Below are positions 40,428 through 54,998 of a DNA stretch of 64,000 nt, piece after piece. Origin of the DNA: Eledone cirrhosa. Taxonomy: Eukaryota. The notes under the pieces were generated by a model. The model was not told the origin of the DNA, ran no database searches, and worked only from the letters and a program-made list of their open reading frames with translations. Every line of letters starts with the position of its first letter. The stretch's first letter is position 1. A program made the position numbers and the translations under genes. The stretch is from assembly GCA_964016885.1 (NCBI GenBank), contig OZ024761.1, positions 17,112,001-17,176,000 of the forward strand, read 5' to 3'.

Positions 40428-40743
40428 ATATATATATGTATATATATGTGTGTGTGTATATATGTGTGTGTATATATATATATGTGTGTGTATATATATA
40501 TATATGTGTGTATATATATATGTACATATATGTGTGTGTATATATATATATGTGCGTGTGTGTATATATATATATATGTATATATATGTGTGTGTGTATG
40601 TGTGTCTGTATATATGTATATAAAGTTGACCATGGTGGGGTTTGAACTCAGAGTGCAGAGATCCAGGCCTGAAGAAGAAAAACCAAACCAAATAGAAAAA
40701 GATTGGAAAAAAAAAATCAAAATGGCTTCTGCTTGTGGCTTAC

Positions 40744-40908
40744 CAGCTTTCTGTATGATCCCTAAGTGTCCAGATTTTTTAGCAAGGATTATTGGGATAT
40801 CATTCATTGTATTGGTTACAGTCAGCTTTCCTCCATGGTTCAAGTAGCAACTGAAACACTCTGCTTTGCCTCTCTTTGCTGCGAGATGTCCCACAGTGCA
40901 TCCTGTGC
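40744..40908 (-). CDS. Ankyrin gene exon 7 (GTGCTVGHLAAKRGKAECFSCYLNHGG...LAKKSGHLGIIQKA)
   Basis: ANK consensus; aag/gtaagc; an alternative in-frame acceptor lies 6 nt downstream. Confidence 0.92.
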
Positions 40909-41685
40909 CTTTTAGTTGAAGAAACAGAAGATGGCAATGTTTGATTTCATTCAGATGGATTGAATTTAATGGATATGTAACTGTAATAGGACAGAGCCTT
41001 AACTAATATCTTAACTATAATATGAATCTTAACAATATGACGGCCTTAGTTTTAATTTGATAGTCTTAACTGTACTATGACAGTCAGAACTAATGTTACC
41101 ATCTTAACTGTAATACAACTGTCCTATCTATACTATGACAGGTCTAACTATACTATGACAATCTTAAATATGTTATGACAGTCTTAAATATATTATGACA
41201 GTTGTAACCATACGATGACAGTCATAATTATACTATAACAGACTTAACTTTAATGTGGCATCTTAAACTTGGCAGAGCCCATACTAGCTCCATGTCTGAA
41301 TACAGTTGATTTCTTCCACAACAGGAGAGAGAGAGGATGTATGTGTAAAAGAGAGAGAGGGTAAGTGAAAGAGAGAGAAAAGGAAAATGTAAGAGAGCGA
41401 GAGATAGGGTGAGTGACAGAGAGAGAGGGAAAGAGCAGATGTTAAAAAGTGATGTATTGACCTCAGTATTAGACTGGTACTTTATTTATCAACCTCAAAA
41501 GGTAAAAAACAAAAAAACAAAAATGGCAAATTTGAAAACAGCAGGATTTGAACTCAAAGCATAGAGAGATCCGAGATGAATACCACCAGAGTATTCTATT
41601 GGACATTCTAACAACTCTGCCAATTCACTGCTGCCTGTGATAAAAGGGAGGTAAGAATGAATTTAGAAAAATAAATAACAGTTAC

Positions 41686-41791
41686 CATCTTGAATATTTG
41701 GATCAACAGCAACAGCAGCAGCAGCACCGCCACCATCAGCAGTGTGAGTGAAAAGCCAGTGGAGTACAGTTATTGAGCCATAATATCCAGC
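41686..41791 (-). CDS. Ankyrin gene exon 6 (AGYYGSITVLHWLFTHTADGGGAAAAVAVDPNIQD)
   Basis: Completes the ANK repeat begun in exon 5; phase 0-1. Confidence 0.9.
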
Positions 41792-42464
41792 CTGGGAGTT
41801 TGACACAGAAAATAAAAGAAAGATAGAAGGAAGACAAGGCAGTTTACTCTCAGGTCTCGAATAATCGTTTCCCACTCCCACCCTTTCACTTATTAATTTT
41901 TCAGATTGCTAGGACCAGGAAGACCACTGACAAAGGTAGTACTCAATACATGTTGAAATGCAGAGAGGGTGTGCGAGGGTTGGTTGTAAAGTACATAAGC
42001 TGACCAAGATACTCTCATGAAATGACCAAATGAGGTTTATTTTTCAACAAAGTCCCTGGAAAGAAACAATGCAATTATTAATAAGAAGAGTTGAAATTAA
42101 TGTCATGCAAGATTTCACAGCTCTAGCATCACTCCTTCATAATCAGCCTATGAACTTTACAGCTAACCCTCATATATATCAAATTTTCAGTATTTGGTGA
42201 AGCTACATGGCTTAGTGGTTAGGGTTAGGGTTAGGGGGTCCGACTCATAGTCATAAGGCCATGAGTTCAATTTCAAGCAATGGGTTGTGTCCTTCAGCAA
42301 TACACTTTATTTTATGTTGCTCCAGTTCATTCAGCTGGAGAAAGAAAAATTAGTTGTATCTGTGATTCAAAGAACCAGCCATGTGTCATGTTGAATCTCC
42401 CTGAGAATTACTTGAAGGATATACATGCCTGTAAAATGCTCAGCCACCATGAAACATGTAAAGT

Positions 42465-44765
42465 CTGTTGTTGGTGGCAGTAGTGGTGGTAGTGATGGTG
42501 TTGTTGTTTAAGGTGGTGGTGGTGATGTTGTTGGTGGCAGTGGTAGTGATGGTGTTTAAGGTGGTGGTGGTGATGTTGTTGGTGGCAGTGGTAGTGATGG
42601 TGTTTAAGGTGGTGGTGGTGATGTTGTTGGTGGCAGTGGTAGTGATGGTGTTTAAGGTGGTGGTGGTGATGTTGGTGGTGGCAGTGGTAGTGATGGTGTT
42701 TAAGGTGGTGGTGGTGGTGATGTTGTTAGTGGTAGTGTTGTGTGAGTGCATGTTATGCAGTAGAATGGTAACAGGTCAGGTCAGAGGTCATACTATGCCA
42801 TAGCATGGTGTCAGGTCAGGTCAGAGGTCATATTAGGCCATAGAATTGTCAGGTCAGAGGTCATATTATGCAGTAGAATGGTGTCAGGTCAGGTCAGAGG
42901 TCATATTATGCAGTAGGATGGTGTCAGGTCAAGCCAGGGGTCATATTGTGCAGTAGAATGGTGTCAGGTCAAGTCAAGGGTCATATTGTGCAGTAAAATG
43001 GCGTCAGGTCAGGTCAGAGGTCATATTATGCCATAGAATGGTGTCAGGTCAGAGGTCATATTATGCCATAGAATGGTGTCAGGTCAGAGGTCATATGCCA
43101 TAGAATGGTGTCAGGTCAGAGGTCATATTAGGCCATAGAATTGGGTCAGGTCAGAGATCATATTATGCAGTAGAATGGTGTCAGGTCAGAGATCATATTA
43201 TGCAGTAGAATGGTGTCAGGTCAGAGGTCATATTATGCCATAGAATGGTGTCAGGTCAGAGGTCATATGCCATAGAATGGTGTCAGGTCAGAGATCATAT
43301 TATGCAGTAGAATGGTGTCAGGTCAGAGGTCATATTATGCAGTAGAATGATGTCAGGTCTGGCCAGAGGTCATATTATGCAGTAGAATAGTGTCAGGTCA
43401 AGTCAGGTCGGAGGTCATGTGACACAAATGCATATCTGTGTCACATTATAAATCTATAATTAAGGTAAAAACGAGCTTGTGAGAATAAATAGCAGGTGAT
43501 AGGTTGGTAATAGTAGTGGACAGGTGTGTAACTGAGAGCATCAGTATGTACAGGTGTGTAGTAAAGAGCAACATTAGTGTACAGGTGTGTAGTAAAGAGC
43601 AACATTAGTGTACAGGTGTGTAGTAAAGAGCAACATTAGTGTACAGGTGTGTAGTAAAGAGCAACATTAGTGTACAAGTGTGTAGTGTCCAGGCATGCAA
43701 TAGAACAACAGCAGTGTACAGGTGTTTTGTAGAGCAACAGTAGTGTACAGGTGTGTAGTAGAGAGCAATAGCAGTGTACAGGTGTGTAGTAAAGAGCAGG
43801 ATTAGAGTACAGGTGTGTAGTGTACAGGTGTGTAGTGTACAGGTGTGTAGCAGAGATAACAAGAAGCCAGTGGGAGCAGTGTTTCAATAGCATCACAGAC
43901 TTAGTAAATGAATAAACAGGAATTTGATGAAAAGGAAATGATATGAATTGTTAAGACTGACATTAAAGAAGATATCAAAGACTATGACAATATCCTGATA
44001 TCAATTAGTGAATATAAGATATTGTGATAACAATCAGGGAATATATTCTGATATTATATCAATCAAAGAATATATTATGATATCAATAAGGGAATATAAG
44101 ATATTGTGATATCAATCAGGGAATATAAGATACTATGATATCAATCAGTGAATATAAGGTATTGTGATATCAATCAGGGAATATAAGATACTATGATATT
44201 AATAAGGGAATATAAGATACTATGATATCAATCAGTGAATATAATATATTGTGATATCAATCAGAATATAATATATTATGATATCAATCAAGGAATATAG
44301 CCTGATACTATGATATCAATCAGGGAATATAAGATACTATGATATCAATCAGGGAATATAAGGTATTGTGATATCAATCAGCGAATATGAGATATTATGA
44401 TATCAATCAGGGAATATAAGATATTATTATATCAATCAGTGGATATAAGATACTGTGATATCAATCAGGGAATATAAGATATTATGATATCAATCAGTGT
44501 GGATATAAGATGTTGTGATATCAATCAGGGAATATAAGATATTATGATATCAATCAGTGGATATAAGATATTGTGATATCAATCAGTGGATATAATATAT
44601 TTTGATATCATCAGTGGATATAATATATTATAATCTCAATCAGTGGATATAATATATTGTGATATCAATCAGAGAATATAATATATTGTGATATCAATTA
44701 GTGAAGATATGAATACATGATATCAATCAACAAAAATACGATATCACGATATCAGCAGGTCAATA
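42465..44765. repeat. Cluster of four different minisatellites (48-bp GT-rich; ~35-bp gtcaggtcagaggtcatattatg; ~30-bp gtgtacaggtgtgtag; ~29-bp gatatcaatcagggaatataag)
   Basis: Direct inspection. Confidence 0.9.
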
Positions 44766-46750
44766 TAATATATTATTATATCAAACAATGAGGTGATAAA
44801 ACAATAATGTGTTATCATCATCATCATCATCATCTTTGTTTAGTGTTGATTTTTTCATGCTTGCATGGGTTAGACGAATTATCCTCACCAGGAGGCAAGT
44901 CTGGCCATAGTTGGCGAGGACTGTAAATTTGGCCGGGTACTTTACAGCTGGATGCCCTTCCTAACACCAACCACATTTACAGTGTGGCTAAGTAACAGAT
45001 ATTTCCCTCATACAGAAGAAATCACTCATCCAGTTTCTTGTTCTTGTATTCTATGTTTGTATGTTCTTACTGATAGGAAGAAAATTGACAGTGTTTAGAA
45101 CACCAGGTAGAATTGTTTGTGATATTCATTCCAGTTCTCTGTTCTCTAAGTTCAAATGCAACCAAGGTCAACTTTGCTTTTTTATCCTTTTGAGGTTGGT
45201 AAAAATAAGGTACCAGTTAAGTACTGGGGCTGAATCTTCCACTATATCTCCTTCTCACTTTCTTTCTAACACTCTCTCTCCTTCTCTGAAAAAAATCATT
45301 AGTTTTCTGACCTGGAGAGAGAGAGAACGGATGGGCTTCACCAGGATTCTAAATGCCCAAGAAACACTGTATGTCTGTGACTACAGCGCTTCTATAATTC
45401 CATGAAGAGTTATGGGTCCTTACATACATGTTTTTATCAGGTTAAACTTTGTCACCCACCACCAAAAAACAAAACAAAAAAAAAAAACAACAAAAAAAAA
45501 AAACACACACACAAAACAAAGAATACCCAGCAGGATCTCGTAAGTGTCAAACCATACTACTGGCATCAAATAAGAATGAGGAGTAACCTATGAAATAAAG
45601 GAGAAAGATCAGGTGAAGAGTCTTCGACATACTTAGCATGACTACAACATTTACATCAGGTACGGGCAACCTTTTATGAGCAGTGGGCTGCATTAGATGT
45701 GGCTCATCATTAGGTGAGCTGCATGACTAAAAATATTAGGCTTGCCATTAAATTAGGTATACTATTAAATTATTAATCTTGCCATTAAATTGAACATGGC
45801 ATTAAATCAAACTTGCCATTAAATTAGGCATATAATTAAACCAGACACACCATTAAATTAAACATGCAATTAAATTAGGCATGCCATTAAATCAGACATT
45901 AAAAAGCATGCCTTTAAATCAGACTCACCATTAAATTAAGCATGCCATTAAACTAGGCTTGTAATTAAATTAGACAAATCATTGAATTAAGCATGCTTTT
46001 CAGAAAGCCAAACAGTCCCGTTTTCCCATGAAGGGGTTAAATAGGCAGTATGACAGTTGAGCTGGATCAACTATTAATCTTATTTTCCTCAGTAAAAAAA
46101 GTCCTTAAAAAACAAACAAACAAAAATAAACTGCAACCAACTAACCTTAAGTGTGTAGATAGTGATTGTTATTTACCCTTAGAATATATACACCCAGTTG
46201 ATAGCAAACAGCAGGTGTCGTGATGTGTAGATAGTGATTGTTATATACCCTTAGAATATATACACCCAGTTTTTAACATAAAGAAGAGTAGTGATCTTCA
46301 TCATCATGTTTGTGTGTGTGTATATATATATATATACATATATATACATGTGTATATACATATATATATATGTGTGCATATATATATATGGAGGCACATG
46401 GCTTAGTGGTTAGAGCATTGGCCTTGCAATCGAAAGGTTGTGAGTTCAATCCTCAGACCGGGTGATGTGTTGTTTCCTTGAGCAAGACACTTTATTTCAC
46501 ATTGCTCCAGTTTACTCAGCTGTAGAAATGAGATGATAGGGACGTAAAATGAAATGATGATATATATGTAGGAGGTGAGTTTTATTGTGGTACAATAAAG
46601 CAATGCAGATATCGGATAAGTAGCACTCTACAGTTTGTAGGACTGGAGTATAAAATACATGGAACTCTTTTAACCATCTTTTGATCTTATATATTATATA
46701 TATATATGTATATACACACATACATTATATATATATACACACACATTATG

Positions 46751-46781
<31 letters not shown>

Positions 46782-47749
46782 GTGTATATATATATATAAA
46801 ATGCATGCTAGAAAAATGGACGTTAAACGGTGATATATTTCATCATCATCATCATTTTAATGTCCACTTACCCTGCTAGCAAGGGCTGGACGCATTAGCG
46901 ATCACTTTGAGAACCTCTGCTTTAGTGTCTATTCACCCAGTTTATAACATACAGCAGAGTCCACTCTATCCAAGATGGCTTTTATTCAATTGCCAACCAC
47001 TTCATAGAGTTTACTGTGTGCATTTTAACATGGCAGCACTAACATTAGAGGGGCTGTCCGGTCCACAGCAACACTAACCCTCTTGGTGCTGTGGGCGACA
47101 GAAGTCGCTGATAGAGTAATCTCTCCTTAATATGTAATACCGTGTCAAGGGAAGGAATTCATCAAAAAAGAAAAAATTCAGCCTCCTGAAGGCTAAATAC
47201 TTTTGTTTCTACTCTACATAGCATCTTTTTTATCTCTCAAGGCAAAACATGTCCAACAGTGTGATTAGATGGGATGGGATAGGGTGGGGTAGCAGGTGTG
47301 AAGGGCACAAAAGTTGAAAGAGGATAGAGAAGGAGGCGATATGAGTGTGGAATGGAGTAAACTGTGATGGGATGCTAGGGGGTGGAAGAAGAGAGAGAAA
47401 GAGAGGTGGGGATATGAAAGTGGAAAGTGTGATATAATGCTAGGGGGAAGAGAGAGAGGGAGAGAAGGTGTGGATATGAGTGTGGAAACTGTGATAGGAT
47501 GCTAGAGAGCGAGAGAGAGAGAGGGAGACAGTTGTAGCTACATGTTGGTTGTTGGTAGTGGGTAAGAGGATGAGTATAAAAACAGCATGAGCAATGTGAT
47601 GAGATAGTAGGGATGTGTCATAGTAGGAATGAGTGATTCATGGTTAGTAACAGAGAAGTGAGAGGGTGAGAGGGATAGACATCAGCTGAGTCATATGGGT
47701 GGGGAAGGGGGGGGGGGGGGGGGCAGCGAAAGATGGTTAATGGTAGGTG

Positions 47750-48250
47750 ATACTGCACAACACTACATGTTATATCAGCTACTGCTACACAACACTACAT
47801 GTTATGTCAGCTACTACAACACAACACTACATGTTATATTACTACTTATGCAGAACACCACATGTTATGTTAGTACAACAGAACACTACATGTTATGTTA
47901 TTATTGTTACATAACACTACATGTTATATTATTACTGCTGCAAAACACTACATGTTATGTCACTACAACACTACATGTTGTTATTACTACAACATAACAC
48001 TACATGTTGTACTAACTACTACAACACTACATATGTCAGCTACTAAAACACAATACTACATATACTAACTACTGCTGCACAACACTACATGTTATATTAG
48101 TACTGCAACACAACACTACATGTTATGTCGGCTACTGCAACACAATACTACATATACTAACTACTGCTGCACAACACTACATGTTATATTAGTACTACAA
48201 CACAACACTACATATTATACTAACTACTGCTGCACAACACTGCAACACAC
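47750..48250. repeat. Degenerate acaacactacatgtt minisatellite
   Basis: Direct inspection. Confidence 0.85.
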
Positions 48251-48746
48251 CCAGGGCACAACTCTATTGCACCACAATGACTTACACAGCTGCACAATAC
48301 TTACTGTACCACATCATCATAGCCTTACAGCCATCTATCATCATATAAATACCCAATCAATCAAATGGTTATAGTTTCCCCTTTTCATTGATCATTGATA
48401 GACAAACACACACACACAAAAGAAAGGTTTAACCCTTTAGCATTTAAACCGGCCATATCCAGCTAGAATTCTCTCACTTTTTCTGTTCACACCAGCTGTA
48501 ACTAGCTGCTCATACTTATGTTAACCGTTTAGCATTTAAACTGGCCGTATCCAGCCAGAATTCTCTCACCTCTTCCTGTTCAAACCAGCTGTAACTGGTT
48601 ACTCATACTGATATTAAGGTATTGTTCTCAAATAAATAATATCAAAATCTCATATATTCGATATTATGTGAGGTAAAGTGTTTACTGTGAAAATACAATA
48701 GTAAATATAGAGTAATGTAAATGCTAAACAGTTAAACCCCTGTATT

Positions 48747-49810
48747 TATCAGGTGAGCCAGCGATTGGTTATTTTTATCATTGATCATTGATAGACAAAC
48801 ACACACATACATACAGAAGAAAGGTTTGAACACCTGTAATTACCAGGTGAGCCAGCGATTGGTTATTTTTATCATTGATCATTGATAGACAAACACACAC
48901 ATACATACAGAAGAAAGGTTTGAACACCTGTAATTACCAGGTGAGCCAGCGATTGGTTATTTTTATCATTGATCATTGATAGACAAACACACACATACAT
49001 ACAGAAGAAAGGTTTGAACACCTGTAATTACCAGGTGGGCCAGCGATTGGTTATTTTTATCATTGATCATTGATAGACAAACACACACATACATACAGAA
49101 GAAAGGTTTGAACACCTGTAATTACCAGGTGAGCCAGCGATTGGTTATTTTTATCATTGATCATTGATAGACAAACACACACATACATACAGAAGAAAGG
49201 TTTGAACACCTGTAATTACCAGGTGAGCCAGCGATTGGTTATTTTTATCATTGATCATTGATAGACAAACACACACATACATACAGAAGAAAGGTTTGAA
49301 CACCTGTAATTACCAGGTGGGCCAGCGATTGGTTATTTTTATCATTGATCATTGATAGACAAACACACACATACATACAGAAGAAAGGTTTGAACACCTG
49401 TAATTACCAGGTGAGCCAGCGATTGGTTATTTTTATCATTGATCATTGATAGACAAACACACACATACATACAGAAGAAAGGTTTGAACACCTGTAATTA
49501 CCAGGTGAGCCAGCGATTGGTTATTTTTATCATTGATCATTGATAGACAAACACACACATACATACAGAAGAAAGGTTTGAACACCTGTAATTACCAGGT
49601 GAGCCAGCGATTGGTTATTTTTATCATTGATCATTGATAGACAAACACACACATACATACAGAAGAAAGGTTTGAACACCTGTAATTACCAGGTGAGCCA
49701 ACGATTGGTTATTTTTATCATTGATCATTGATAGACAAACACACACATACATACAGAAGAAAGGTTTGAACACCTGTAATTACCAGGTGGGCCAGTGATT
49801 GATTATTTTT
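48747..49810. repeat. 94-bp tandem repeat, ~11 copies, overlapping the ankyrin exon 5 donor
   Basis: taccagg recurs at 48841 + n x 94 up to 49781. Confidence 0.95.
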
Positions 49811-49965
49811 GTTGCTACAGTTTATCTTGACACCATGTTTGAGCAGGTAACGGAGACATTTGAGATTGTCATGTTGAGCAGCATACTGAGCAGCATCCAG
49901 TCCTTGGCTGTCAGTTATGGAAGGATCAATTCCTTCATCCAAGATATACTTGAGACAGTTAACAC
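49784..49965 (-). CDS. Ankyrin gene exon 5 (SVNCLKYILDEGIDPSITDSQGLDAAQYAAQHDNLKCLRYLLKHG...NQSLAHL)
   Basis: ANK consensus; cag/gtaatt; phase 1-0. Confidence 0.94.
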
Positions 49966-50432
49966 CTGTAATGACAATAATCAGGGGAGGACATTAATAA
50001 CATCAACAGCATTGGGTATAGGAGGAATCAGATATCATATGCAACATTGTCCAACGCTCTACCGATACTTTTTAATAATAGTGGTTTCTTATGTAGGCAC
50101 AAGGCCTACATAAGGAGGGGAGGGGAAAGTCGATTAAATCGACCCCAGGGCGTGACTGGTACTTTATTTTATCGACCACGTAAGGATGAAAGGCAAAGTT
50201 AACTTTGGCAGGATTTGAACTCAGATCATAAAGGGCCATAACTCTTTGCTGCAAAGCATGACGTCAGACCCTCTACTGATACTGCCAGTCCATTAATACT
50301 TTTTAATAATAATTGTTTCTACTTTAGGCACAAGGCCAGCAATTACCCAGTGCCTTACTGGTACTTTATTTTATCGACCCCGTAAGGATGAAAGGCAAAG
50401 TTAACCTATTATTATTAATACTTTTTAATAAT

Positions 50433-50645
50433 AATAGTTTCTTATATAGGCACAAGGCCAGCAATTTTGGGGGAGGGGATAGTCGATTAAATTGACCCGT
50501 GTGTGACTGGTACTTTAATTTATCGACCCGGTAAGGATGAAAGGCAAAGTTAACCTCGGCGGGATTTGAACTCAGAATGGCAAGGGCCGTAACTCTATGC
50601 TGCAAAGCATGGCGTCCGACCCTCTACCGATACTGCCAATCCGCA
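50433..50645 (-). mobile_element. Second tRNA-headed SINE family; copies at 6648-6836, 19277-19415, 32589-32725, 38208-38317, 38428-38612, 50075-50405, 52060-52230
   Basis: B box GAGTTCAAATCC then conserved gcctttcatccttacggggtcgataaaataaagtacc core. Confidence 0.85.
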
Positions 50646-50699
50646 ATAATAAGACAAAAGAAAAGAGATTATTTGTTTGTTTGTTCTTGTCTTACTTAC

Positions 50700-50870
50700 T
50701 TCCATACTGTGCAGCGTAATGCAGTGGTGTCTTGTTGAGATTACAGGTCACATTCAAGCTGGGTATGAGGTCATCACGGGCCAGAAGCTGCAGAACATGT
50801 AAATGGTTCCTCATGGCTGCCAAATGGATTGGGCGTCGGCCAAAATTGTCGCCTAGCAACAGATTAGCTC
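50700..50870 (-). CDS. Ankyrin gene exon 4 (GANLLLGDNFGRRPIHLAAMRNH...NKTPLHYAAQYG)
   Basis: ANK consensus; cag/gtaagt; phase 1-1. Confidence 0.95.
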
Positions 50871-52263
50871 CTGGTCAAACAAAGACGGGTTTTATTTTTA
50901 ATTTTATTGGCGATTTTCTTTTCTTTTTGTTTAATTTTTTTTTTTTTTTTTTTGTTTTTACCCATTCATTAAATTTCAGCTGGATTTTTTTATATATATA
51001 TATATATATATACACACACATATATACATATACACACACATATATATACACGCACACACATATATATATAGAGATATATACATATACACATAAAAATATA
51101 TATAGATATATATACATACATATATACACACACATATATATATAGATATATATATACATACATATACACACACACATATATTTACATACATACATACATA
51201 TATACATACATACACATATATATATATATATCATCATCATCATCATCATCAACGTTTAACGTCCGTGTTCCACGCTTGCATGGGTTTGGACGGGGGTTTT
51301 CCCACTTGAGGCAAGAGTGATTGTCTTGCTCGCATAGGACTGTCTGGTAGGTTTTCTACAGTTGGATGCCCTTCCTAACACCAACCACATTTACAGTGTG
51401 TGGCTGGGAGGTTTTTACCGTGTTGCCTACACGGCCACATTACAGCGTGGACTGTCTGGCGGGTTTTCTACAGCTGGATGCCCTTCCTAACACCAACCAC
51501 ATTTACAGTGTGTGGCTGGGAGGTTTTTACCGTGTTGCCTACACGGTCACATTACAGCGTGGACTGTGTGTTTTTTTGTCGTGACACCTACACGATCTCA
51601 TTTGTTTCGGCCTCGATATATACATAAATATATATATACATACATACATATATACATAGATAAATATATATATATATATATACATACATACATATATATA
51701 TAGATAAATATATATATATATATATACATACATACATATATACATAGATAAATATATATATATATATATACATACATACATATATATATAGAGATAAATA
51801 TATATATATATATATACATACATACATATATATATACATACATATAATGAAAAATTCAAATTACCTCAAATCGGACCAAGGAAGCAATGTTTCCATTGGT
51901 CTATCCAATTTCTGATACTATCTACTGGCCACAATTCCTATCAGAATATATCATCATTTTACATTTGAACAGGAGATGAACTTATAACATAAAGTGCCAC
52001 AACCCTATGCCGCAAAGCATGTTGTCCAACGCTCTACCAAACAACCGCCAATAATAATAATTATTACTACTTTTGGCACAAGGCCAGCAATTATCGCACT
52101 GCATTATTGGTACTTTATTTTATAGACCCCATAAAGACAAAAGGCAAAATTAACCTCAGTGGGGTTTGAGCTCAGAACGTAAAGGGACATAACTCTATGC
52201 TGCAAAGCTCTACCGATATTGCCAAGCCACCAATAATAAGCAGTCAATCACAGAAGCACTTAC

Positions 52264-52465
52264 CTTTTGATGCCAAACATCTCAAGCAATGTTCCTCTCC
52301 GTGGAGGGCGGCCATATGTACAGCTGTGAAGCCATCGTGATCTTGAGTATCTAGATTAGGGGACAGCTTCAAGAGGAAAATTAAACAGGGCACATGGCCT
52401 CCAATACAGGTCTCATGTAAAGTTGTTCGACCACATAAAGACTTGGAATAAGGATCATGACCTTC
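52264..52465 (-). CDS. Ankyrin gene exon 3 (EGHDPYSKSLCGRTTLHETCIGGH...DGFTAVHMAALHGEEHCLRCLASK)
   Basis: Two ANK repeats; tag/gtaagt. Confidence 0.94.
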
Positions 52466-53703
52466 CTAATAAAAGAACAAGAAACAGTAATAAAACAGCA
52501 AAAAAATATTTAAAAAAAAACAGTAAAAGGAAAAAAAAACACAAAAAACAATAAACATAGTAAAAACCCAGTGAAGAAAAAACAGTAAAAAACAGAATTA
52601 AGACATTTTACAGAATGGGGATTCACTAACCCTCCCCCCTCTTTTTTTGTTTATTGTATTTCTAATGAAATATACTGCCTTGCATTCAATTTACTGTATA
52701 TATTCGTATATAAACCGAAGATTATGTGAGCCCCCACCCCTAAAAACGATTGTAAAATGGTGTGTTTGGGGGAGGAGTTCACCTATATTTGTAATCTAGA
52801 CAATGTCTTGATTTGCTGCCTCTGATTATAAAGGTTTGGATTTTTCCCTATTTCACAGACATAAAATGGGGATCAGCTTATATTCAAGTGTATACATCAT
52901 CACCATCATCGTCATTGTTTAATGTCCATTTTCCACTCTAGCAGGAGTAGGACGAGTTGTCCCACTGTGAGACAACCAGGTCGAAGGGCCATGTTTTGCT
53001 CCCACAGAACTGATTTTGACTTGCTTTCTACAGCTGGATGCCCTTCCTAACGCCAACCTCATTTACAGTGAGTACTGGGTGCTTTTTGTTGAGACACTAC
53101 ACGACCACTTTACAGTGTGGACTGGGCACTTTTTGTCATGTCACCATCACAACCACTTTACAGTGTGGGCTGGAGGCTTCATTGGATGTATACTTTAGCT
53201 TGTCCTCATGGGAGATATATAGGAGTGGGTGACACCTACAGGACCACATTTACAGTGAGTACTGGGTGCTTTTTGTTGACACCTACACGACCACATTTAC
53301 AGTGTGCCCCCCCCCCCCCCCCCCCGGCTTTCAGCTGTAGTGGGGTGCAAGATTGAATTGGCCAGAGGGGACCCTGTGTGTGTGCTGTGTGTGTGTTTGG
53401 GGGGCTAATGTGACCCTTGGCTTTCAGCTGCAGTGGGGTATAAGATTGAAGTGACAGAGGGAGACCCAGTCAGGAGGTTAACATGACCCCTGGCTTTCAG
53501 CTGAAGTGGGGTGATCGACTGACGGGACAGAGGAGACACAGTCAGGGGTTAATGTGACTCCTGGCTGTCAGCCGTAGTGGAGCATAAGGTTGAAGTGACT
53601 GAGGTGACCCTGAAATATCTGAAAACCTAGAGACTCAGCCATGGGTTAAAAATGGTCCTGCAAATACTAGCAGCAGTCAAAAGAGAATTAGAAGTGACTT
53701 GAC

Positions 53704-53861
53704 CTGAATTAGTTTCTCGAGGAGATCCAGTTGTCCATAACCACAAGCCTGAAGAATTGGACTTTTGTCCAAACTGTCTCTACATTTCTGGAACTCTGTG
53801 TGGAAGGATGAACCACTTCTTGTCTGTTGACCAGTCTCTGAATATAGGAGATGCGGTTTCT
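53704..53861 (-). CDS. Ankyrin gene exon 2 (EKPHLLYSE...KSPILQACGYGQLDLLEKLIQ)
   Basis: Open frame ending in an ANK half-repeat; phase 1-0. Confidence 0.88.
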
Positions 53862-53931
53862 CTGGTGTTTTTAAATAGAAAAATATATAAATATTATAAA
53901 TATTATATATATATAAATATTATATATATAG

Positions 53932-54198
53932 AATGTAGTGTACGGGAGAGGAGACTGAGGTGGTATGGACATGTGATGCGCATGGAGGATGACCGATGGG
54001 TGAAGAAGTGCCAGGAAATGCCAGTTGAAGGAAGACGTGGTAGAGGTAGACCACGAAAAACATGGGCGGAGGTGGTGAGAACAGACCTCAGATCATTGAA
54101 GCTCACGGTGGAGATGACGAGGGACCGTGACGAGTGGAGAGATGCTGTGCTGAATAGGACCCGTCCCACCCTTGCAAGCAGGGAAAAGTGGACGTAAA

Positions 54199-54245
<47 letters not shown>
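53932..54245 (+). mobile_element. RTE LINE 3' end with (ATG)n tail
   Basis: RERRLRWYGHVMRM...GRGRPRKTW, stop, then (atg)n. Confidence 0.9.
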
Positions 54246-54462
54246 AAACAAAAAATTATATATATAGGTGATTATATATATAACACAAAAACAAGATGGG
54301 GTAGGACAGAACAAAGGAGAGGCACAAAAACAAAGAAAAGAATGGCAAGGGCCGTTCTGAGTTCAAATCCCACCGAGAATATATATGTACTAATAATATG
54401 TGGTTCAGTAGATTCGTAGTTTAATGTAAAACTTCGCTTTATTCTCGAAATATATATATATA

Positions 54463-54537
54463 CGTTTTATGCTGATGAATGGGCTGGACGTTTCTGTAAG
54501 GATCGCCTAGTTTCCTGAAACCTTTGGTAATGGAATA
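54463..54537 (+). ncRNA. Hammerhead-like motif, second family, degenerate stem I
   Basis: CTGATGA 54472-78, long imperfect stem II, GAAA-CC-ttt-GG-TA; 3' half repeated near 62320-62350. Confidence 0.5.
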
Positions 54538-54934
54538 ATTATATTTTGTTGTTTATTATGTAATTAAATAATATAATGTAATTAAATAATATATTATTGA
54601 ATTATATATATATATATATATATACATATAATATATATATATATAGAGAGAGAGAGAGTAGGGTGTCACATCCAAGCCCATGCCAAGCTGGTAATAGGCC
54701 TAACATATTGTGTAATATCTCATCACCACCACTTCTAACACCCCCAACCACTACCCCCACCCACTAACACTACTATTTCCACTAGTATCACCACCACCAC
54801 CAAATGGTGTAAATAAAAACACAAACTTGTGACAAACGAATAAAATGAAAATATTTAGGAATGTTTTTGAAGATTGTTGTTTTTGTTTTTCTCTAAACCT
54901 TGCCCCAATTCTTTAAAAAAAAGCCACTACTCAC

Positions 54935-54956
54935 CTGCGCTTCCATCCATCACCAT
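54935..54956 (-). CDS. Ankyrin gene exon 1 (MVMDGSA)
   Basis: ATG then CAG|GTGAGT donor; phase 1 matches exon 2; ETS site just upstream. Confidence 0.75.
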
Positions 54957-54998
54957 AACAACGGTTACAATAACAAATCTGTAAACACAAATACCGCA

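Noticed and set aside
42218-42238. Telomeric TTAGGG repeats
   Set aside because: Only about three units, within a degenerate SINE head
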